Of a stretch of DNA of 64,000 bases, positions 54,585 to 64,000 are shown in pieces. Origin of the DNA: Nitrospirota bacterium (GTDB lineage Bacteria; Nitrospirota; UBA9217); the NCBI GenBank assembly GCA_963749655.1, contig CAVVOB010000014.1, forward strand, positions 32,001 through 96,000. Reading direction: 5' to 3'. Made by a program: the position numbers and the translations under genes. The notes below the pieces were generated by a model. The model was not told the DNA's origin. It saw nothing but the letters and a program-made list of their open reading frames with translations, and searched no databases. Within the stretch, counting starts at the first letter, position 1, and each line of letters starts with the position of its first letter.

Positions 54585-57500
54585 ATGACGAAGCCGACTA
54601 TTGCAAAAATCACCCGCCCGCGTCCTGCCAGATTGTTCCTGCGCAGGCGTCTCTTCCGCCAAATCGACAGGGAGCGGGACCGGCCGATCGTCTGGGTGGC
54701 CGCGCCTGCGGGATCAGGCAAGACCACGCTCGTCACGAGCTGGCTCGACGAGCGTAAAATGCCCTGTCTGTGGTACCAGGTGGACGCAGGCGACGGCGAT
54801 CTTGCCTCGTTTTTCTACTACCTGAACAAAGCCGTAAACAAAGCGGCCCCGCGTCACAGAAAAGCGCTGCCCCTCCTCACGCCGGAATACCTGCAAGCTC
54901 TCCCTCTCTTTACGAAACGCTATTTCGAAGAAGCATTCCACCGCCTCAAGTCCCCTGCCGCGGTCGTATTCGACAACTTCCAGGATGCGCCGCAGGAGTC
55001 CGGCTTTCACGAGATGCTCGCCCATGCGCTTGAATCCGTTCCCCCCGGCGTAACGGTCTTTATCCTGAGCCGTAGCAGTCCTTCCCCGCAGTTTGCGCGG
55101 CTGCAGGCAAACAACAGACTGCAGGTGCTGGGATGGGACGAAATCCGTTTTACTCTCCAAGAAACGAAGGCGTTGGTGAAAATCGGGGGGCGAACGCGCC
55201 TGTCCGGCGAATCCCTCGCCCTTCTTCATAAAAAATTCGAGGGGTGGGCAGCCGGGCTGGTACTGCTTATCGCGGGAAAAAAATTCAAAGCGCTCGGGCA
55301 AGACCTTGAAGAAAGCTTCGAACCGGCGAACGTGTTCGATTATTTCGCGAGCGAGATCTTCGAAAAGACCGATGAAACGGTCCGGTCTTTTCTCCTCAGA
55401 ACCTCGTTCCTGTCCAGGATCGGAGCGGAGATTGCCGGACGTCTGACCGGCAACAACCAGGCCGCGCAGGTCCTGGACAGGCTCAGCCGCAATCATTTTT
55501 TCACCAACAAGCACCGTGACGGCGCCGCGGTGTTTTACCAATATCATCCGCTCTTCAGGGAATTCCTGCAGGCCAGGGCCGAGGCGGTTTTTCCCCCGGA
55601 GGAAATCAATGCCGTCCGCATGCACGCCGCTCTAATCATTGCTGATTCCGGGCAAACCGACGAGGCAATCGACCTCCTGCTTCTTTCCGGCCGATGGGAC
55701 GAAGCCACCAGGCTGATCCTGGCAAACGCTCAGGCGGTCACCGCGCAGGGCAGAAACAAAACTCTCGAAGGATGGCTCAGGCGGCTGCCAGCCGAGCGCG
55801 TGATGCAAGACCCATGGTTGGGTTACTGGCTTGCTCTGTGTCGGATGCTCTTCAATCCGATCGAGGCTCGCCTGCTCCTCGAAAAGGCATTTACGCAGTA
55901 CAACGAACATGACGACGCCATGGGCTTGTATCTGACCTGGGCCGGGATCGTCGATACGTATTTTCTTGCCTGGAATGGGTTCAGCCCGCTTGCGGAGCGC
56001 TGGATTCCCGAGTTCGAGACGTTGTCCAAAAGACATCCCTCCTTCCCGTCGTTGGAAATGGAGGCGCGTGTGACACTCAGTTTCTTCATGGCGCTGTTCT
56101 ACGCGAACCCGCAGTATTCCGATCTGCCGAAGCTGGCGAAGCGCCTCACCCAGATCATGCTCGACAGCGACACCCATTCTTTGCGATTTGCTATCGGGAG
56201 CAACCTCGTCATGTATCACGCCTGGATGGGGCCCAGTGCCGGCGCTGAGTTCATCATTGACCTTCTGCAACCGGCCGTCCGGCGCTCCGACATCGACCCG
56301 CTGGCATTGCATTACTGGTTCGGCATGACGGCGGTATATGCGTCGCTTTCCGGCGACCACGAGGCCTGTCTCGCGAGCATCGCCCGGGGCATCGCGCTCG
56401 GCGAGAAAACGGGCGTGCGTCCGTTCGAGCATACCCTCTGTGCACAGGGCGCCTTCTGCGCCATGACACAGGGGGACATGGCGGAAGCGGACCGTTTTAT
56501 TGCAAAAGTCGCAGCCATTGATTCACCCCGCAGCCTGGACAAGGCCCTTTATCATCACCTCGTCGCCCTGGCGGCATGGCATCGGGGCGATTGGAAGAGC
56601 GCGGCCGAACATGGCGAACGGGCATTGCGTTTATCCGAGAAGGACGCTTTTCCCATAACGATTGCGTTTACGCGCCTCGATCTCGCCGTCACCTGGTTCG
56701 AGATGGGGCGCATATCGGAGGCGGAGCAGGCTCTGGCGCGCGCGCTTACGGAAAGCATCGGCATTATGCGCGTGGAATTCGCCTGCCGGCTGTTCCAGTC
56801 CTGGTTTGCGTTTGAACAGGGCGATGAAGCGCGCGGTATTGCTTCGCTGCGGCAGGCGCTTGCCATCGGCGCCAAGCAGGGCTTTGTCAGCTTCTGGCGC
56901 TGGCACCCGAAGATCATGTCGCGCATCTGCGCACGGGCGTTGGAGGAGGGCATCGAGACGGACTACGTCAGGGATCTGATTCGCAGACGCAGTCTTCTTC
57001 CCGAAGGACTGCTGACGGACGGCGAACAATGGCCCTGGCCCGTGAAGATCAATACGCTCGGCCGCTTTGAGATATTCAAGGACGGGAAGCCCTTCCGCTT
57101 TTCCCGGAAGGCGCCCAAAAAGCCCATCGAGCTGCTCAAGACGCTCATTGCGTTCGGCGGACGAAACGTAAGTGAAACCAGGTTGAACGACACGCTCTGG
57201 CCCGACGCGGCCGGCGACGCGTCGCACCGGGCGTTCAATATCACCCTCATCCGTCTCAGGGAGTTGCTCGGTCTGAAGGAAGCGATCCTTCTCAGGGACG
57301 GGTGCGTTACGCTCGACGAGCGGTATTTTTGGATCGACGTCCGGGTGTTCGAGAGCCTGCTGAATGAAGCGGTCGAAAAAGCGGAACGCGAGCGGTCCTC
57401 AGCCGTCAGGCGTTCATTCGAGAGCGGACGCCGGAGTGTGAAACCCGAACAGGGTCCCGGCTTTTTGCGCAAAGCCTTCAACATCTACAAAGGACCGTTT

Positions 57501-57827
57501 CTTCCCGATGAGAAGGGGCTGTGGGCGATATCCCTGCGCGAAAGACTGAGGGGCAAGTTTCTCGCCCTGATCGAGAAATCAGGCCGCTCCTGGGAAGACC
57601 AAAGGAAATTTCCGAAAGCGCTCGAGTGCTACCAAAAGGGGCTCGAATGCGACGACTTGTTCGAGGAATTCTATAAACGGACCATGATCTGCTACCTGCG
57701 ACTGGGCCGCAAGGCGGAAGCCGTCTCCACCTACCGCAGATGCAAAAAAACGCTCGGCGCCCACGGTCTCGACCCGTCTCTTGAAGCTGAAACAATCTAC
57801 AACAAGCTGATTTCTGAGAAAAAATAG
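54585..57827 (+). CDS. MalT-like ATP-dependent regulator (STAND ATPase, TPR, wHTH and BTAD)
   Basis: AKITRP, APAGSGKTT, EGWAAGL, YHPLFREFL, TLGRFEI, LWPD, YKGPFL, EEFYKRTMICY..LG...EA...Y.RC. Confidence 0.9.
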   Translation: MTKPTIAKITRPRPARLFLRRRLFRQIDRERDRPIVWVAAPAGSGKTTLVTSWLDERKMPCLWYQVDAGDGDLASFFYYLNKAVNKAAPRHRKALPLLTPEYLQALPLFTKRYFEEAFHRLKSPAAVVFDNFQDAPQESGFHEMLAHALESVPPGVTVFILSRSSPSPQFARLQANNRLQVLGWDEIRFTLQETKALVKIGGRTRLSGESLALLHKKFEGWAAGLVLLIAGKKFKALGQDLEESFEPANVFDYFASEIFEKTDETVRSFLLRTSFLSRIGAEIAGRLTGNNQAAQVLDRLSRNHFFTNKHRDGAAVFYQYHPLFREFLQARAEAVFPPEEINAVRMHAALIIADSGQTDEAIDLLLLSGRWDEATRLILANAQAVTAQGRNKTLEGWLRRLPAERVMQDPWLGYWLALCRMLFNPIEARLLLEKAFTQYNEHDDAMGLYLTWAGIVDTYFLAWNGFSPLAERWIPEFETLSKRHPSFPSLEMEARVTLSFFMALFYANPQYSDLPKLAKRLTQIMLDSDTHSLRFAIGSNLVMYHAWMGPSAGAEFIIDLLQPAVRRSDIDPLALHYWFGMTAVYASLSGDHEACLASIARGIALGEKTGVRPFEHTLCAQGAFCAMTQGDMAEADRFIAKVAAIDSPRSLDKALYHHLVALAAWHRGDWKSAAEHGERALRLSEKDAFPITIAFTRLDLAVTWFEMGRISEAEQALARALTESIGIMRVEFACRLFQSWFAFEQGDEARGIASLRQALAIGAKQGFVSFWRWHPKIMSRICARALEEGIETDYVRDLIRRRSLLPEGLLTDGEQWPWPVKINTLGRFEIFKDGKPFRFSRKAPKKPIELLKTLIAFGGRNVSETRLNDTLWPDAAGDASHRAFNITLIRLRELLGLKEAILLRDGCVTLDERYFWIDVRVFESLLNEAVEKAERERSSAVRRSFESGRRSVKPEQGPGFLRKAFNIYKGPFLPDEKGLWAISLRERLRGKFLALIEKSGRSWEDQRKFPKALECYQKGLECDDLFEEFYKRTMICYLRLGRKAEAVSTYRRCKKTLGAHGLDPSLEAETIYNKLISEKK

Positions 57828-57867
57828 CCTTATCTCCAAGTCCCCCCGTCAGTTCGATTCTCCCCCA

Positions 57868-57904
57868 ATCCGTATACGATCCGTATATTCCTCCGGGGTA
57901 CACT
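57868..57904 (+). promoter_or_regulatory. 11-bp-period direct repeat plus -10-like TACACT
   Basis: ATCCGTATA at 57868 and 57879; TACACT at 57899. Confidence 0.45.
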
Positions 57905-57937
57905 GTGTGAAAGTTCCACTGCCTGCGGAGGAATGCC

Positions 57938-58129
57938 TTGGAAAGCTACATCGTGCGCATTTACCGGAATGCCCCGAAAAACTTGCGCGACATTGTCGGC
58001 GTCGTGGAAATTGTTGGCGCTGAAGAAAAAAAGGGATTTACGAACATAGACGAGTTGTGGGGCATCATCAACCCGCGCAAAAAAGGAAGACGCCGGGTGA
58101 AGACCGGGCGCGGAAAACCGAGGAGGTGA
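57938..58129 (+). CDS. Small hypothetical protein downstream of the BTAD regulator
   Basis: RBS GGAGG, TTG start; ESYIVRIYR...VGVVEIVG.EEKKGF....ELW.I looks like a compact folded domain. Confidence 0.65.
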   Translation: MESYIVRIYRNAPKNLRDIVGVVEIVGAEEKKGFTNIDELWGIINPRKKGRRRVKTGRGKPRR

Positions 58130-58275
58130 TGATCAGCCGATTGTTCGAACAGTGCGGCACCTGTACATGACAGGTTCCACTTTACCACTTCAGTCTGTGG
58201 AAAAATAATCGTTTTGAATGTGCGGTAAGCTGCCGGAAATGGGCTATCAGCAGTACGATGAAAAGTGAAGCATTT

Positions 58276-58393
58276 CTGCCACGAATTTCACGAATTGACA
58301 CGAATTAAATGAATCAAAAGCAAAAGAGAATACAAAATTGCAGAAGCCATCTTTCGCAACTCATTCGTGAAAATTCGTGTTAATTCGTGGCAG
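58276..58393. repeat. Inverted element of triplicated CACGAATT units
   Basis: ctgccacgaatttcacgaattgacacgaatt...attcgtgaaaattcgtgttaattcgtggcag. Confidence 0.8.
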
Positions 58394-58488
58394 GATATGA
58401 TTGAGGGTTTTTATGAAGATCATCGATTCGCAGCAAGCCGTTTAATCCCGTTCTTTCAACGGGAAACTTTAAAACAGGGAGGAAGAGC

Positions 58489-59569
58489 ATGAAAAAGATC
58501 ATGGCAATAGCAAGCATTGTGTTCGCGGTCGCGGCTCTGCTGTTCGTCGCATGCAGCAGCGGCGACAGCAGCAGCGACAGCAGCGAATCCGACTACCACG
58601 AGGAATTACCTGGGCACCCAGAGCCCGGGCGACGTGTGGTCCTGGACGATCATCACGGACGCGAAGCGGCAACGGAACGTTCACGGCTACGAATGAGACG
58701 CTTAGCAAGGACTACTCAGGAACCGTTTCCACACTGCCGAACAAGTTTCTGAAACTGCTCGTGACCGTGACCACGGACACTCCGTAACGGTGCCGGCCCC
58801 GGTCTATGCCCTGGAGGTGCCGGATACGGTGCTTGTCGTGAAACCGGCGAAGGAAGACAGCAACGTTATTGTTGCTGTCGCACTGGGCAATTGCCCGACG
58901 CAGCCGGCGACATACAACATGGTTGAAATGACAATGCCCGCATGGAGCGCCACGGTGAATTCCTCGTATTCCGTCGCCACGACCACAAACTTCAGCGGTT
59001 CCGTGTTCGATGTCGATGTGCAGTCATATCTCCTGAGCGGGGCCACGGATACGACAAAAACGATAACGGGTTTTTCCTGTTCGAACGGCCGGATCACCAA
59101 CCCCGATGGGGGGACGATGACGATCACGCCCTCGGGCATGGTCATCAACGATAACGGACCCGGACAGGGCGGCGCGTCCGGCATGCAGTCGCCCGCAGCG
59201 AACGTCGATCTGAACGACGTGGTCCTGTCGGGGCGCGAGTACCGCGCCGTGTCGTTCGTAAACGCGAATGTCTCCGGCACCGAAGATGTCAAGCCCCATT
59301 GGGCGAGGTCGAACGGAACGGGCGGGATGACCGGAGGCGATTATTCCGATTTCGAGGCGGGTATCGAGGACGACTTGTCAACGACCTCTACGATCACGTT
59401 CGGCGCTCAGAGCCACCCCGGAGTCGTGAACGGCACGTTCACGGAATCAAGCGGAAACACAACGAACGGCGTGTTCATGATGAACAGGATCAACGGCAAA
59501 TATTTCGTTTATGGGATCAAAGAAGAAAGCAACGGCATGGCCGGGATATTCATCGCGATAGAGCAGTAG
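58489..59569 (+). CDS. Hypothetical beta-rich lipoprotein; frameshifts near 58600 and 58785
   Basis: Lipobox FVAC, Ser-rich linker; ORF fragments 58489, 58551 and 58790 join into one protein. Confidence 0.7.
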
Positions 59570-59576
59570 TTTCAAT

Positions 59577-59613
59577 AATCCGGGAGCGGGCTTGCGGGCC
59601 TGCTCCCGGATTT
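59577..59613 (+). terminator. Hairpin terminator
   Basis: AATCCGGGAGCGGGC...GCCTGCTCCCGGATT. Confidence 0.65.
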
Positions 59614-59658
59614 CTCCAACCGTATTTGTAGCTTACAACGAGTGAATCGCGCTGCTGA

Positions 59659-59714
59659 TTCAGACTTGCAGTCTGAACCACCCTTTAAAGTTTGGTTCAG
59701 TCTGCAAGATTGAA
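59659..59714. repeat. Inverted doublet of self-palindromic units (REP-doublet-like)
   Basis: TTCAGACTTGCAGTCTGAACCA ... TGGTTCAGTCTGCAAGATTGAA (19/22 inverted match). Confidence 0.65.
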
Positions 59715-59798
59715 CCAGCGCAGGGACTATGAAACCGGGTTCTGATACGAACAGCGCTTTTCGAACAAAACTCACCATTTTCGAAAGGAGTGATTATT

Positions 59799-61901
59799 AT
59801 GAGAAGACCGATCAAGGTTCGTATGCAGGGAAGCGCGAGCAATCTATGGCTGTTCTTGATTGTTTTGTTGCTGTCGGCCATGACCGCATGCAGCAGCGGC
59901 TCCTCGGGAGGCCAGGAAAGCACCACCTCCGCAACTGTTGCGATTTCCATTGATTCATCGTCTCAAGCAGGAAAACTTTCGCCTTTTCTCGGCACTATCG
60001 ACGACATCACGTCCATTACCGTGGATGTTGCGAACGGAGGCGTCTCCGTCATTAGCGACCAGCAGTTGACCTACAGCGGCGGCGTCTGGAGCGGCGCCCT
60101 GCAAGGCCTGCCGATCGGTCCGTCCCTGACTTTTACCGGCCATGCGTACAATGCCTCGGCTGTTGAAATATTCACTGGCACCACGGTACAAACAATGACC
60201 GGAAGCGGCGATGCAGTCAGCATCATCATGACGCCGGTTTCGAACGGGACCGCCCAGATGTATCCCAGGATAACCAGGATCGTTGTTCCTTCGCAAATTT
60301 TGACATCAAATACCGTGACCGTCGGCATATCTCTGGAAGGAAACGACGGAGAGACACTTACTTATGCAACAGCGGCCGCGAACCTGGGAGGCAGCTTCAG
60401 CCCGTCAACCGGCACGATCGACCTGAGCGGGACCGCCGCCACCCTTGTCCTCAGCTATACCGCTCCGTCCACGGCCGGGACCTATACCCACTCCATCCGG
60501 GTGACAAACAGCCAGGCGAACTGGGTGGAGACGGGCTTCAGTACGGTGGTTTCAGCCACCGCCAATCCATCCCCGACCGTGCAGTTTGCTCCCGTGATCA
60601 CGGCGCTGGGCGCCGGCAGAAGCGGGTCCCGCGTGACCTTTACCGCGGAAATCAGCGATGCAGGGCCGCTGAATGAGCTGACCTATTCGTGGGTGTTCGA
60701 CGGCGGACTAGCCTTCGTCAACAACGCCGCAAACCCCGCCGTGCTGCAGGGATACGATGAAACAAAATCAGGGACCGTGACCTTGACCGTCGCGAACGGC
60801 GCGGGAGGCACAACCACGGTCTCATCCTTTCTCGCGCCGGGACTTTTCCCGGACACGGTGGTTGTAATCCATTCACAGAAAGGAGGGGCGATCCAGGGGA
60901 ATAATCTGGACCTCAGCGCGGTGGTTTCGACCTTGACAGGTTCGCCGTCGCAAGTGGGGTGGGCCGACGGAACCGGAGCCGCGGCGAGATTCTACTACCC
61001 CGCCGGTATAACAACGGACGGAACTAATCTTTATGTCGCGGATTCATCCACTTCGGTCATCCGGAAGATCGTCATTTCCACGGGTGAAGTTACGACCCTG
61101 GCGGGCACTTCGCAAGTGTACGGTTCTGATGACGGGACCGGAGCAGCGGCGCTCTTTTATACTCCCTATGGCATCACGACGGACGGCGCGAATCTTTATG
61201 TTGCCGATTCCGGCAATCACACCATCCGGAAGATAGTCATTGCCACGGGAGCGGTCACGACTCTGGCAGGGGCTGCGGGCAGTCCGGGTTGGGCTGATGG
61301 GACCGGGGCGGAAGCGCGTTTTGACTTTCCTTATGGAATCACCACGGATGGGACCAATCTTTATGTTGCCGATTCCACGAACAGAGTCATCCGCAAGATC
61401 GTGATTGCCACCGGAGCGGTTACAACCTTGGCAGGGACCGCAGGCAGTTCGGGCTGGTCAGACGGGACCGGGCCAATGGCGTGCTTCAGCGTGCCTGCAG
61501 CCGTGACATCGGATGGAACTTATCTGTATGTGGTCGACAGCGGCAATCACACCATCCGGAAGATCGTGATTTCCACGGGTGAGGTTACGACCCTGGCAGG
61601 GACTGGAGGCGTGTCGGGTTCGACTGACGGAACTGGAGCGGCGGCGCTCTTTAATACGCCCTATGGCATCACGATGGACGGCACGAATCTTTATATTGCC
61701 GACAGCGGCAACTTTACCGTCCGGAAGATCGTCATCTCCACGGGAGCGGTCACGACCCTGGCAGGGACTGCCGGCGTGCATGGTCCGGTCGACGGGACCG
61801 GAGCAGCGGCAAGCTTCTACTCCCCCTGGGGCATCACCACGGATGGAATCGACCTTTATGTTACGGACTATCTCAACAGCACGATCCGGAAAATAAAATA
61901 A
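59799..61901 (+). CDS. Surface lipoprotein with Ig/PKD-like domains and an NHL-type beta-propeller
   Basis: Lipobox MTAC; about six ~55-aa repeats of DGTGAAA.F..P.GITTDGTNLYVADS.N..IRKIVI.TG.VTTLAG. Confidence 0.85.
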   Translation: MRRPIKVRMQGSASNLWLFLIVLLLSAMTACSSGSSGGQESTTSATVAISIDSSSQAGKLSPFLGTIDDITSITVDVANGGVSVISDQQLTYSGGVWSGALQGLPIGPSLTFTGHAYNASAVEIFTGTTVQTMTGSGDAVSIIMTPVSNGTAQMYPRITRIVVPSQILTSNTVTVGISLEGNDGETLTYATAAANLGGSFSPSTGTIDLSGTAATLVLSYTAPSTAGTYTHSIRVTNSQANWVETGFSTVVSATANPSPTVQFAPVITALGAGRSGSRVTFTAEISDAGPLNELTYSWVFDGGLAFVNNAANPAVLQGYDETKSGTVTLTVANGAGGTTTVSSFLAPGLFPDTVVVIHSQKGGAIQGNNLDLSAVVSTLTGSPSQVGWADGTGAAARFYYPAGITTDGTNLYVADSSTSVIRKIVISTGEVTTLAGTSQVYGSDDGTGAAALFYTPYGITTDGANLYVADSGNHTIRKIVIATGAVTTLAGAAGSPGWADGTGAEARFDFPYGITTDGTNLYVADSTNRVIRKIVIATGAVTTLAGTAGSSGWSDGTGPMACFSVPAAVTSDGTYLYVVDSGNHTIRKIVISTGEVTTLAGTGGVSGSTDGTGAAALFNTPYGITMDGTNLYIADSGNFTVRKIVISTGAVTTLAGTAGVHGPVDGTGAAASFYSPWGITTDGIDLYVTDYLNSTIRKIK

Positions 61902-61911
61902 TATCCCGCAA

Positions 61912-61945
61912 CGAGGGAGCAGGCTTGACGTCCCTGCTCCCTCGC
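61912..61945 (+). terminator. Hairpin terminator related in sequence to the one at 59577
   Basis: CGAGGGAGCAGG...CCTGCTCCCTCG. Confidence 0.6.
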
Positions 61946-62143
61946 TATATCCGCATGAGACAAAACTGCACCGAAGAGATATTCCTCAGGAATCCGCGAC
62001 ACTGAATGCCGGGCATTCTGGGGCCAGATCCTTACTAAAATTGTTAAAGCTGCATTTCCTTGGAATGCATCAAGTTGCGTTCGGCTCTCTTTTACCGTGC
62101 TCGCTGGTTCATCGATGGCAATTCGCTGATGGTGAAAAACGAA

Positions 62144-62172
62144 TTGACTTGACGAACCGCTTAACGTATACT
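62144..62172 (+). promoter_or_regulatory. Sigma70 promoter of the fic gene
   Basis: TTGACT-N17-TATACT. Confidence 0.6.
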
Positions 62173-62194
62173 AAACGAACAAAAACGGGCAATC

Positions 62195-63205
62195 ATGGTA
62201 TATACGCCGAAATATAAAATTACGTCCCGTCTGGCAGGCCTGCTTGAGAAGATCGCCGAGCTGCGGACGAAGGTCGAATTATCACCAATTTCCGTCCAGT
62301 GGATGCCGCGTTTGGAAAGAGACGCATTCGCCCGCCTTGCCCATACCTCGACTGCCATTGAAGGCAATCCCTTAACGCTCAAGGATGTGGAGATCCTGTC
62401 ACAGGGAGTAGACCTCCCGATGGTTCAGCGCCGGTTCAAAAACGAGGTGCTTAACTATCTTGCCGCGCTCCGGCATATCACCGATCATTCCGGAAAGCGG
62501 ACTATTGCCGTGAAGGACGTTCTCCGGCTGCACAGCATAGTAGGCAAGGATGCGCTCGAACGGGAGCCGATCGGGGCATTCCGGGACTATCAGGTGGTAA
62601 TCCGACAGCATAAACCGCCGAGATATCAGGATGTAATGCGTCTGGTCACTGAGCTTATGGACTGGCTTAATTCCGAGGCGCGGGATCTACCCGCCGTCAT
62701 ATCCTCGGCCATCCTGCACTACCAGTTCGAGCATATTCACCCCTTCGGCGACGGAAACGGCAGGGTGGGCCGGCTTCTATCCACATGGGAGCTATACCGC
62801 AGGAAGATCGACACCTATCACATCTTTTCCATTGACGAGGTCTATTGGGAAAAACGCGAGAAATATTTCTCCGCGATTCGTTCTGTCCAGGAGACGGGAG
62901 GAGATTTAACCGGATGGATCGAGTTTGTCGCAGATGCTGTCGTAGTTTCACTGGAAAAGGCATGGAAAAGAATAGAGGTGATCCGGGGCGACACCGCGGC
63001 GGACGCGGAAGAGCTGATTTTGACGCCGAAACAGGAGAGACTCCTGACTCTCCTTCGTCACGCGCCGCTCGGGATCAACGATATTATGAAGGAGCTTCGC
63101 GTTAAAACGCGGGCTGGGGCACACTATATAATTAAACCGCTTATTGAACATAAACTAGTGGCAAGAAAGGGAGGCCATAAAACAGGCAGATACATTATCG
63201 CATAG
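62195..63205 (+). CDS. Fic family protein with C-terminal wHTH
   Basis: HPFGDGNGRVGR catalytic motif; N-terminal inhibitory STAIEGN. Confidence 0.93.
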   Translation: MVYTPKYKITSRLAGLLEKIAELRTKVELSPISVQWMPRLERDAFARLAHTSTAIEGNPLTLKDVEILSQGVDLPMVQRRFKNEVLNYLAALRHITDHSGKRTIAVKDVLRLHSIVGKDALEREPIGAFRDYQVVIRQHKPPRYQDVMRLVTELMDWLNSEARDLPAVISSAILHYQFEHIHPFGDGNGRVGRLLSTWELYRRKIDTYHIFSIDEVYWEKREKYFSAIRSVQETGGDLTGWIEFVADAVVVSLEKAWKRIEVIRGDTAADAEELILTPKQERLLTLLRHAPLGINDIMKELRVKTRAGAHYIIKPLIEHKLVARKGGHKTGRYIIA

Positions 63206-63459
63206 ATACTGTGAGGAAATTCTGCGTCTCGCCGTCACTGCTTTTTCACTCATTCGTCCAAATCTGAAACTACTTCCTGTAGTCAACGATTTCGTTCCCC
63301 TCAAGAATATTGCATTGTTCACTCCGTAACTGATAACCGCCTCTGTCGCTCCATCTCCTGTTGCCCTCTCCTTTTCAATTCAGGCCGACTATACTGTGAA
63401 ATATATGAGCTTCTCCCTTTCTTGAAACCCCAGAGGCAGTTCCGTAAAGGAGGATCATT

Positions 63460-64000
63460 ATGAATATGACAGAAGCTATCCATGTTTTTAAGCAGCAGCA
63501 TTTAATCGCGCTAAAAAACCGCACGGGAATAAGTTATGCATCCATCTTGGAACGTCTCCAGAAAGATTTTGCTGATCGTCCTGTTGAATCAATAAAGCCG
63601 GATGATATCGTCCACTTCCTTGATTTGTTCACTTCCGGACGGCCAAGAGCACACGCCGATTAAGGTATGCTCAGACCAAGGCATTCTTTAATTTCATTAT
63701 TAATGAATGCGAAGTGGACCTGAAGAATCCCTCGCCTACCCTTTGATCGCTAAACAGTTCAAGAATCCCAAACAAGCAGCACGAAAGATCCTGGACAAGG
63801 AGGTCGTTGATGAAATAATCTATAGCGCAAGATCACCGAGGGACAGGCTGATCCTGGAACTTCAGGCATGATGCGGTCTCAGAATAGGCGAGGTGTTGAA
63901 GTTAAAAGCATCAGACGTTTCGGACAGAAAACTTACGATCCAGGAGCCTAAATCCGGAAAGGAGAGCGAGCTTACTTTTATGCCGGAGCAAATCGCAAAA
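63460..64000 (+). pseudogene. Tyrosine recombinase/integrase, disrupted, running off the window end
   Basis: SAM-like N-terminal part, then RDRLILELQA*CGLRIGEVLKLK.SDV; frameshifts plus an in-frame TGA; AT-richer than the flanks. Confidence 0.75.

Noticed and set aside
58413-58470. 10-codon ORF MKIIDSQQAV plus hairpin as a leader-peptide attenuator
   Set aside because: No diagnostic codon run or alternative structure; could easily be chance.
60960-61900. ~165-bp repeats as DGR template/variable regions
   Set aside because: They are in-frame NHL-type protein repeats, the differences are not adenine-specific, and there is no reverse transcriptase in the window.

Overview
GC-rich bacterial chromosomal window; the gene content suggests an anaerobic Nitrospirota- or Desulfobacterota-like organism (inference only). 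Many conserved genes are broken by single-base indels, densest at about 9-21 kb, which most likely reflects long-read consensus error. Contents in order: the 3' end of a four-helix-bundle gene; an 18 kb signalling cluster (CheB/CheR-PAS kinase, ABC-type binding protein plus PAS/GAF kinase, a REP-flanked RAYT transposase, several receivers, a sigma54 activator, a sigma54 promoter and an RpoS/RpoD-like sigma factor); pepN; a PAS-GGDEF cyclase; a selenocysteine formate dehydrogenase-N operon (fdnGHI, fdhE) with FmdE, ModE-like and molybdopterin-binding genes; a radical SAM/SPASM gene between two paralogous Tat-lipoproteins; assorted enzymes; a PstS-like protein plus hybrid kinase; a MalT/BTAD regulator with downstream lipoproteins; Fic; and the start of a degraded tyrosine integrase. 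Best candidate for a new system: the Tat-lipoprotein / rSAM / Tat-lipoprotein operon (37936-40147), whose two putative substrates share an X-Y-G-P motif and may undergo splicease-type backbone modification before export. Second theme: several families of small repeat-built inverted elements (7-nt units and 8-10-nt units), two of which sit in frame inside a coding gene.
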